DNA from: Monocercomonoides exilis PA203
Taxonomy: Eukaryota; Protista; Preaxostyla
Assembly: GCA_001643675.2 (NCBI GenBank)
Contig: LSRY02000013.1
Location: 1 to 64,000, forward strand
Length of the DNA: 64,000 nucleotides
Direction of reading: 5' to 3'
Below the pieces are notes generated by a model, which worked only from the letters and a program-made list of their open reading frames with translations, was not told the origin of the DNA and made no database searches. Each line of letters starts with the position of its first letter. Position 1 is the first letter of the stretch. The position numbers and the translations under genes are program-made. This document shows, one piece after another, positions 40,147 through 54,895 of this stretch.

Positions 40147-40430
40147 CTTAAAACAGCAAAGAAATTGTCAGTGAAGCTTTTTGAGTACATACAAAAATTT
40201 TTCTATAAAAAAAATCGGTACCCCTATCTTCTGCTCTTGCCTGTTATTTCATTTATAAGAAAAGAATTGGATTAAAAAGTCTGACCTCTCCTGAGTTTCT
40301 TGAAGTATTTTCTTTTCGCTTTTTCCATAGATGTGGGTCAAAATGCAAGCATTTATGAAAGAAATACAACAAAGTTGTTATTATGATTTTCAATCATTGC
40401 TTCATAATAAGACTGATATTTTTTTAAACT

Positions 40431-40466
40431 AATACACCAAATACACCAAATACACCAAATACACCA
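40431..40466. repeat. 9-bp tandem repeat (AATACACCA)x4
   Basis: Read directly. Confidence 0.9.
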
Positions 40467-41572
40467 AAAACTATTCAAGATCGAAAAAGGTTAATCAAAG
40501 ATCAAAAAACTTAAATTCAAAATCGAAAAAGTTTAAAACAACATCGAAAAAGTTTTATTCGAAATCGATATATAAGTTAATTTGTTCAGAATTTCAATTC
40601 AAGTCAAAACCAAAAAAGTATAATTGAAACAAATGTTAATAGTAACAAATGTTTATTTATTGGTAATGTTTTTCTTTCGTTTTTTACAACTGTTTTCTAC
40701 GATATAGACTGATATCAATCGATTCTTTTCTCATTTCAAATATTGAAAATGATATATTTTATCAGTTTCCAATGAAATAAATGAAATACAAAACATTTTA
40801 TTTTCAGTAAATGAAATGAATTTTTGTATTTTTGTGCACAAAACAAGATCATGAACTATCATATCATTTTTATTTTTTGCAAAATTTGCTTATGATGTTC
40901 TGAGCACATGTGAAGAATAAAAAAATATTCAATTTTATTATATTCACGCTATTGAATACAATCAAACACAAAAATAAAGATCAATAAAATTTTTTTCTAA
41001 TTGATATTGACAAATTTCTCAGATCTGTAACTGAAAGAAAAGAAACTGACATGAGAATGAATTATTAAATTTTTTCAAATTTTTTGATGATAAAGAATTT
41101 TCGATGTTGAATTTAATATATTCGATTTCGAATTAAACTATTTCGATTTCGAATAATTTTTTGTGTATTTTTAGAAAAAATAAAAAAATTGAGAAAAAAT
41201 GGTGCAAATTTTGTGCAATTATGAAAAAATCTGATAATTGTTCAAAACTTTTTCTTCAATCATTTCATTATAAATCAACTTTAACAATGCATATAATTAC
41301 AGAAAAATTCAAAAATTGAGAAAAATATTTGAAAGAGAAGAATGGAACAATATTCAAAAAGCAAAAAACTTTGCACCAAATACAATAATGTTTTGTGTGG
41401 AACAATATTCGTTTAACAAAGAATTTTGTCAATACTCTTAACAAAATAATTTTCTACCAAATTTTTCATTGAGAATTCATTGTCATCGTAATAAAAGGAT
41501 TGTATTTAACTTTTTCATTTTAAAATTTTTTAAAGTGTGCGAAATGTGTAAATTAAAGGTGAAGTGTTTATT

Positions 41573-42644
41573 CTATCTCTTCTCTTTTCCTTTGCCTCCA
41601 AAAAGCTCATCCTCCATCTTCTTTAGTTCTTTGCTGTTAATCTTCTTCATCATGTTCTTTTTCTCTTTCTCTTCTTTCATCTTCTTCTCTTTCACCATCT
41701 CTGCTTTCTTCTCGAATCTCGCCTTGCTCCTCTCCTTCTTCCTCTTCCCGTGCTCTATCTTGTTCCACAGGAACCGCGTCTTCTTGTCCATCGCCATCCG
41801 CTGGTGGTGCAGCTCCTCCTCTTTCGTCCTCTTCCGGTACAGCGCCGACGCTCCTTCTTCTTCCTCTTCCTCTTTTCCTTCCCCTTCGCTCTTCTCGTAG
41901 TCTGTCAAGTCATCGCTCTCATCCGACGACAGCTGCCCTTCCGCCGATGACATGTCAGACGTCTCAGACGCTGATGACTCATCATCATCATCATCATCTT
42001 CTTCTTCTTCTTCTCCCTCTCCCTCTTCCTCTCCCTCTCCTTTTTCATTCATATTCACCTTCTCCTCCACATCCATCACATTCATTTCCTCCCTCTTCCT
42101 CTTCTCTGCCCTTTCTTCTCTGTCTTCTCTGTCTTCTCTGTCTTCATCGTCTTCATCGTCTCTTCTGCCCTCTTCGCTTTCGGCGTCTGCGTCTTCGTCG
42201 TCTGGAATGATTCCGTCTGCAATCTTCTTCATCTTCTTCAGCCACTTTACCTGCTGCGGCACATATCGCTCTTTCGACTCTTCGATGAACGGCGACACGT
42301 GCGGCGGCAGATGAGAGACTGTGTTGATGATCGGCTTTCCTTCTTCGTCTGGTGAAGATGAAACAGAAGAAACAGAAGAAACAGAATAAGAATAAATAAA
42401 ACATAGCATATTCATATGGACATGATGAAAATGAATGAAGAACAAACCTTTTCCGACGATGTGCAACTGCGGGGGAAGATACAACTTTGGCGGAAGGAGC
42501 ACTCTGCTGTTGAGACAGTCTACAACATACTGCGGCTGCACAAAGATTCTGTTCGGGTATTTGCGTGCCAGTGCCATCGGAGAAAGAGGATTCGATGACT
42601 GTGAAGAAGAAGAAGAAGAAGAAGAAGAAGAAGAAGAAGAAGAA

Positions 42645-42689
<45 letters not shown>

Positions 42690-44314
42690 AGAGAGGCATT
42701 GCTGGTGACACTCATTGGCCTGTCTGTGATGTGGTGAGTGATGCTGGCGTCGTCGGCGTCTGCCCCCTTCAGGCTCCTCTTCTTCCCTTCCCACACACAC
42801 TTCCCTCCGCAGCTCAGCACAACAAACGTCAGCGCATGCAGCGGCGTCTCCCGCGACAGAAAGAAGACGCAGCGGCCAAACAGCCCAGACAGCGGAGCAT
42901 CCAACGACGAATACGGCGGAATCGTCGGCTCAATCGTCTTCGGCATCTTCCCCCGCTGCTTCATCTGCTGCAGCGCCTGCCGCTTTGAGAGACCGGCAGT
43001 GTCATCAGAAGATGAATTAGATGAGGTTGATGTTGATGATGTTGATGATGAAGCCAACAAATTGCTTTCTTCTTCTTTCACTCCGTCTTTTGTGTCAAAA
43101 TCAATCAGCTCCCGTTTTATTTTCTTTCCTTCTTTTTCTTCAGCCAAGCCGTTTATTCCTTTGCTGCTTTTGTCTCCTTCCTCTCCCTCTTCCTCTCCTT
43201 CCTCATTGCTTTCATTCTCGTTCATCTCTTTTTCTTCGCTGGAATCCATTTCGATGCTGTTTGGCTCTTCAACCGAGTCTTCCTCTTCATCCTCATCTTC
43301 CTCCTCATCTTCTGCATCATCATCGCTCTCTTTCTCTTCTGCTTTCGCCTTCGCTTCTGCCAGCCTTTTTCTCCGCTCCCTCCTCTTTTGCCTTTTCTTC
43401 TCTTGTTTCTGTTTCTCCCTCATTTCATTCCCTTCAATTAGCTTTTTCAGCAATGGCATTTCCACAATCTCCGGAAGCTCTGCACCAACCGTCTCGTCCT
43501 CGTTGAACTTGAACTTGACTGGATAGTCAACACCCACCAGCGCATACAGCTTCAGGAGGATGTGCTCCACAAGCGCTGAATGCACCTCAAAAAACGATTT
43601 CATAATGTGAAGATCAACACGAGGATCTTGTGGAATTGCAAAGTGATGTGGCTCGAGCCATATGATAATGCGCCCATACACCGTTGCTTGGTAGTACATC
43701 CCTTTGATTGAAATGAATGCCTTCGTGAGTGTGTGAGTCGATACAACATAACTCATCCATTCTTTCCTCAATCGTTTTGACAGCGTAATATCCGAAGCTT
43801 TGAACGGTCCTCCTTGCTTCATTTGTGCCACCAAATAAATAGTATTCAGCGCATCACTCATGTCTTTCAATGCATCTTCAAAAGCAGGATATCTTTCAGA
43901 AAAATGCAAATTTCATTCAAATCGAGCAAAATATAAAAGCAGGAACAATAAAAAGATATGCAAAATAAACGATACTAACCTGTCTTTAATTAATCTCTCG
44001 AATGGTATTTTTGGCTTCAAAGACTCGAGAGATTTCGCTTTGTCAGGATCGCCATCTCGATAAGCTGCCATGATTCGCTTGTTGAACACTCTTTTCTCTC
44101 TCATCCTATCCAACACATAGTTGCGCTTCAGATATTTAATATCGCGCAAGTGATAATATATCTTGCTTTTATCTCGCACTGATTTCCCTGGAACACGTGG
44201 ATAAACGTTATTCAAGATGCACAGCCGACGGAACTGCGGAAGCGACACATGAAGCTTCTCCATCGCCGTTCTGCGGCTGATGTACTGGGACCGCATCTTC
44301 TTCTTCATCTTCAT
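41573..44314 (-). CDS. PES1: Pescadillo/Nop7 ribosome biogenesis protein (intron-containing)
   Basis: N-terminal YISRRTAMEKLHVSLPQFRRLCILNNVYP; RYPAFEDALKDMSDAL; KAFISIKGMYYQA; BRCT domain (LFGRCVFFLSRETP...THHITDRP...VQPQYVVDCLN); LPPHVSPF. First intron ~43979-43894; probable second intron near 42450-42390. Confidence 0.95.
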
Positions 44315-44540
44315 GGCGATGCAATTTTGAGATCTTTATTTTCTCTGATCCCCTTAATTCATAAAGTCATTCACACTCAAAAAATACTTTTTTTAGTTTT
44401 TGTTTCTCTTCTTTTTATTTCAAACAATAACATAAAAAAAGTGCAAATTCCAATAGCAAAACGAAAAAAAAAATGAATTGGTTTTAAAAAATAAATAAAC
44501 AAATAATTTGAAGTGAATTGGTTGTGAAGTGATTTTATTT

Positions 44541-48383
<3,843 letters not shown>

Positions 48384-48475
48384 CAGAATGCAGCTATCTC
48401 CGTACTGCTGGAAAACAGAATTGAAAAATAATTGAGATCACTTTGATCCTTCATACCGTTATTAGCTGAAGAAAA

Positions 48476-50408
<1,933 letters not shown>

Positions 50409-50814
50409 TCAACACTGTTTTAACCTTTTGCTGCAATCATTTCATTTTGTATTCTCTTTCTTTCTGTCTTTCTTTCTCTCTTGAAGAAAAATTTGGATGT
50501 TATTTTCAAGCCATATCGTAATCTCTTTCCTTTAGTTCATCTGTTCCGAATTTCATTACATTTTTCTTCACAACCAAGCATTCGCACAAAATGTCAAATC
50601 ACCCTATTTAAAGATATTTCTCAAATTCGATAATTGAATTTTTTTTTTGAGTATTTCAACAGTAAATAAAAAGAAAAAGAAATATTACTTGAATTTTTAT
50701 GTCTTTTGCGTCTTAGCAATATCAAAATGAATGACAAATTTTAGAATAATTTATCTTGAAATTCGATAAAAATTCTTCATTTGATCGAAACATCATAAAA
50801 AACATTTTATTTTG

Positions 50815-51435
50815 ATGAGCGAAACTGAAGAGGAATTGAAGATGAAAGTGAATATTATCGGAGAATTTGGAGTGGGAAATACTTCTCTGATCCAAAGATA
50901 CGTTAATGGATATTTGAACAATTATAGATCTGGATTAGGCGTTGATTTTTTGATTAAACATGTTTCAGTTGATGATAAAAAAATTAAAGCATATTTTTGG
51001 GACACGTATTTTAGCCGTCGGATTAAGATGATTCCGAGCGCATATTTTCGAGGATCGGATGTTTGTGCACTTGTTTTCAGACTGTCATCGCATGATTCTT
51101 TTGATTGTTTGAAAGAGATGAAAAAAAAGATAGACGGTATTTTGGCGAGCTATTCAAATGATTGCCCGCTTATCCTTATTGGAAACGGAAGTGATCAGTG
51201 GGAGCATCGGGCTGTTAACCGATTTGAGGTTGAAGACTGGTGCAAAAAAGAGGGATTTTGTGGGTATTTTGAGACGTCAGCAGAAACAGGAGAGAATGTG
51301 GATGAGGCATTTACAGAGCTGGTACGGCTGGGTTTGGATTACCACGAATCCAAAGACATTGAAGCAGAAGAGGCTGTTGCTGAGGAGCCGTCTGCCAAAA
51401 ACGAGAAATCATCATCCAAATGTTTTCTGATGTAA
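50815..51435 (+). CDS. Divergent Rab-like small GTPase with C-terminal prenylation motif
   Basis: KVNIIGEFGVGNTSL, GVDFLIK, FWDT, AYFRGSD, LIGNGSD, YFETSA, NVDEAF; C-terminal CFLM. Intronless. Confidence 0.88.
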   Translation: MSETEEELKMKVNIIGEFGVGNTSLIQRYVNGYLNNYRSGLGVDFLIKHVSVDDKKIKAYFWDTYFSRRIKMIPSAYFRGSDVCALVFRLSSHDSFDCLKEMKKKIDGILASYSNDCPLILIGNGSDQWEHRAVNRFEVEDWCKKEGFCGYFETSAETGENVDEAFTELVRLGLDYHESKDIEAEEAVAEEPSAKNEKSSSKCFLM

Positions 51436-51995
51436 AATAGAGAATTATTAGAAATAGATATTTATATTTTATTTTCGAATTTTCTTTTGTGTCTCAAGTG
51501 CTTGCGATGAGGAATTTTCCTAACTTTTTATTTTTCATGCATTTAGTTATTTTCTTTCTTTCTATTCACTTTTTTGTTTGATAATATTTTTGTTGATTTG
51601 TTTTTGTTCTTTTGTTTAATTTTGCATTCATTTTTTGTTGTAATGATATTTTGGAAAACATACAAAAAAAGATAGTTGTTCGAAACAAATGTTTTCATTT
51701 CGAAAAAATTGAAATTTTTATTCGTTTATTGAAAAAATGTGAATAAGGTGTCTTTTTAAACCAGGTTAAGTTCATTTCATCAACTATAACATTAATGTTT
51801 GAATGCGTTCGTAAATGTTTTGAAATCTTTTGTGAAATTCTTATTAAATAAACTTGATAGATTCTTTTTTCAAAACATTATAATTTTCAGCGTGTGAATT
51901 ATTCGTTTGTTCCTCTTATAAAATGGTTTTTTTTTTACCACATTAAAGTTTATATTTTATCGTTTGAAAGATAAATAAAAACTGATTAATTTCAT

Positions 51996-52051
<56 letters not shown>

Positions 52052-52092
52052 ATTTTATTACGTTTAATCTTGTACAGTTTGTTCAAAAAATA

Positions 52093-52415
52093 CCGGACAA
52101 GATCGATTTCTCAATAACCGCAAGAGGAATAATTCTGACTATTTCCTCGAAATATATCTCATCAATACAAACTCAAATGATATACTAAACTTTCAAAAAA
52201 GCTTCATTTGTATTCAGAGAAATAAATTTTAATAATCTCTGAGTAACTCAAAAACCAATTTCTCCGAGAATCAAACAATAATTTTTTCTCTTAGCACAAA
52301 TGAAGCTGTTTTGAAAGATTCATGTATCAAATAATTTTTTATTGATGAAGAATGTTTTACAGAAAATTATCAGAATTATTCCTCTTGCAGTTATTGCGAA
52401 ATCGATCTTATCCAG
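52093..52415. mobile_element. MITE with ~55-bp TIRs and probable TA TSD (Tc1/mariner-type)
   Basis: CCGGACAAGATCGATTTCTCAATAACCGCAAGAGGAATAATTCTGA is mirrored by TCAGAATTATTCCTCTTGCAGTTATTGCGAAATCGATCTTATCCAG. TA on both sides (52091-92, 52416-17). Confidence 0.8.
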
Positions 52416-53005
52416 TATTATTTGCGATGTCCGGCTTTTTTTTGCACAAACTGTTGCTTTTAAATTTTTTTGAACGAAATTATTGTCAGAAAAAAATATG
52501 CCTTCAAAAATAGTTATTCAAATGGCTTATTTTTTTGTGAAAACTTCTTTTTGTTTTAATTTCTAATAAATCAAGAATTTATTTTCATCAATTTTCTTTT
52601 TCCATTCACCAAACTTCACTAATATGGAATCAATTTCTGAATAATGCTATTTCATTCATTCTGAAGAAATTTCATGAGTGAAAACTGAAATTTGAACAAA
52701 ATGTGAAATTATTGATTAATCCGAAAATTAAACATTTGCAACTTCACAAAAAAAATATCTCATATAATCAGGAAATTTTTTTTGTACATAAATGTTACTG
52801 TTAATTATCTAATTCTGGAAAATATTTCATTCAAAATAAATAGATTATTATTTGAATTTAAAACATTTGAGTGTTTATGAATAAAAATTTATTGTGATAA
52901 TATCGTTTTCGGATGAATGTTAAGAAGTTATTTTTATTTTTTATTTTATCATAATTCTTAAAAATGTTGAGAAATTGGACCCCAATTTTTACTGTTTGTG
53001 AATAT

Positions 53006-53258
53006 GTGTGATCATTTTTGAATGCAAAACATTTTTCAGGGTGTTTTTTTTCAAAGGTTAATAGTCACTGGGAAGAGATTTAGTCTACAATTTTCGTGTT
53101 TATCACAATTGTTAAATGAACAAATCTTTTTGCTCAAATAAAGATGTTGATGTTTAAAAAGACCTTTTCACTCTTCTGTGTTCTTTTGTTAATATTCAAG
53201 ATAAATTTTTGAACAGAAAATTTTAAATGAATAAATATGATTTCAAAAATAATCACTC
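53006..53258. mobile_element. MITE family B, older degenerate copy (253 bp)
   Basis: Ends GTGTGATCATTTTTGAA... and ...TTCAAAAATAATCACTC resemble the family B TIR. TSD ATAT/ATTT. Confidence 0.65.
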
Positions 53259-53298
53259 ATTTTCATAAAATGATCATCATCCTTGAAATCGGATAAGT

Positions 53299-53554
53299 GG
53301 GTGATTATTTTTGTAATCATATTTTTTCGTACAAACGTTTCGGTTTGATAATTTTATTTTGAATTTTTTTAATAGAGCATATATTAGTGACAACTCCAAT
53401 AAAAATTCATTCAATCCATTTTTCATATTAAGCGTTTTCCTTTGTTTCATTTGATAAACAACAAAATTTTGTGGAAAATTGTTTGGCAAATGACAATGCT
53501 CTTTCGCAATAATCAACGCTCCGAAAAATGTTTTGATTTCAAAAATAATCACCC
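53299..53554. mobile_element. MITE family B (256 bp, GGG...CCC ends, 4-bp TSD AAGT)
   Basis: TIR GGGTGATTATTTTTGTAATCA / TGATTTCAAAAATAATCACCC. AAGT duplicated (53295-98, 53555-58); the opposite foldback arm shows the empty site with a single AAGT. Confidence 0.87.
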
Positions 53555-53850
53555 AAGTTTCAAATGAATTCATCTCATATTGTTTGATTTCACATTTTTC
53601 AATAAAGAAAAATAATCCAAATACTTTTTTTTACAAATGAACAATGAAAAACAATTAAAGAATATAGAATGGTTATTTATTGATTATTTTTAAACGAATC
53701 AAAATGTCTGTTTTCATCTTCATTTGAGGACAATTATTTATCTTTATTGAAAAATGCGTGATCAAACAATATATGATGAATTCATTTGAAACTTATCCAA
53801 TTTCTAGGATGATGATCATTTTCTGAAAACGTTGGAGGTTTTATGAATAT

Positions 53851-54118
53851 GGGGGAAAATATGGACTTTCAAGCTTTTTATGCACAAAGCACAAAATAAT
53901 TGCTCCACTCATAACTTTATGTCGCTTTCCCAGATTTCAAATTTATTTAGATTTTCATAACTGTAAACAGGCATCGTTGAAATCAAAACATTAAGTGTGG
54001 TGACATATCACGAATGTCAAAAAATGGACATATTTTTATTGTGTTTTTTGATCTTAAAAAGTCAATGAAAAGTGCATAACTTTTCAATGAAAAAGCTTGA
54101 AGTCTCATATTTTCCCCC
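53851..54118. mobile_element. MITE family C (268 bp, ATAT TSD)
   Basis: TIR GGGGGAAAATATGGACTTTCAAGC / GCTTGAAGTCTCATATTTTCCCCC. ATAT at 53847-50 and 54119-22. Confidence 0.88.
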
Positions 54119-54895
54119 ATATTCACAAACAGTAAAAATTGGGGTCCAATTTCTCATCATTTTTAAGAATTATGATAAAATAATAAACATAAATAACTTC
54201 TAAACATTCAGCCAAAAACGATATTTAAACAAAAATTTTTCATTCAAAAACACTCAAATGATTAAATTTGAATTCTTCGCGAATAAAATTTGAATAATTT
54301 TTACACCTGCTTTGAATGAGAAGCACATCAAATCTGAATTATAAATTGAAAATAACCACTTAAAACAAAAATTGTTTTCCTTTTGATCGATACGAAAAAG
54401 CTATTTCAAAATATAGGTGCAAAAAAGTTATTGAATAATATTATATGTTAATCAATAATTAATTGGAATTAAAAATTTGTGAATTTCATTTTTCAAGGAT
54501 TTGAACATATGATTGAATAAATTTCTCCGTATTTCTCCGAAAAACAAAAATGATTTGCTTTGAAATTAATCAAGCTGGATGATGATTCATTGGAACAAAC
54601 ACAACACAAACATTCACCGGATAAGTGTTGAGAAAAAATTTTTAAACTTTGCATGTGTTGGCTCGGGAAAATTCAATTATTCAACCATTGAAACGTCTCC
54701 AAATGTTGAAAAGATTTCAAAATAAGAAAAAATTAAAATTATACTTAATTTCTCCATTTTAAAAAGTCTAATTGAGACTTTTTCTTTTATTTTGATTATT
54801 TTTTTTTTTTTGTTTTGAAAAAGTTATTGAAAAACCAAAGAATAAAAAAACGGTTACGATCAATATTGAAGTTAATTTGTTTAAAAATACGTGCT

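Larger units (their letters stand above)
37826..40241 (+). mobile_element. Merlin (IS1595/ISXO2-like) DNA transposon, 2416 bp including nested MITEs
   Basis: 25-bp TIRs GGTAAATGCAGAAGATAGGTGTACC (37826-50) and GGTACCCCTATCTTCTGCTCTTGCC (40217-41), 21/25 match, with GG...CC termini. 8-bp TSD TGTTATTC/TGTTATTT (37818-25, 40242-49). Internal transposase remnant. Confidence 0.9.
52851..54272. mobile_element. Foldback-like element with long (~250-290 bp) inverted arms, interrupted by three MITEs
   Basis: 52852-53005 pairs with 54119-54271; 53267-53298 with 53791-53822; 53555-53615 with 53730-53794. Outer ends approximate; no TSD determined. Confidence 0.82.

Noticed and set aside
40431-40570. CRISPR-like spaced repeats
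   Set aside because: Eukaryotic context, units too short and degenerate, no unique spacers or cas genes.
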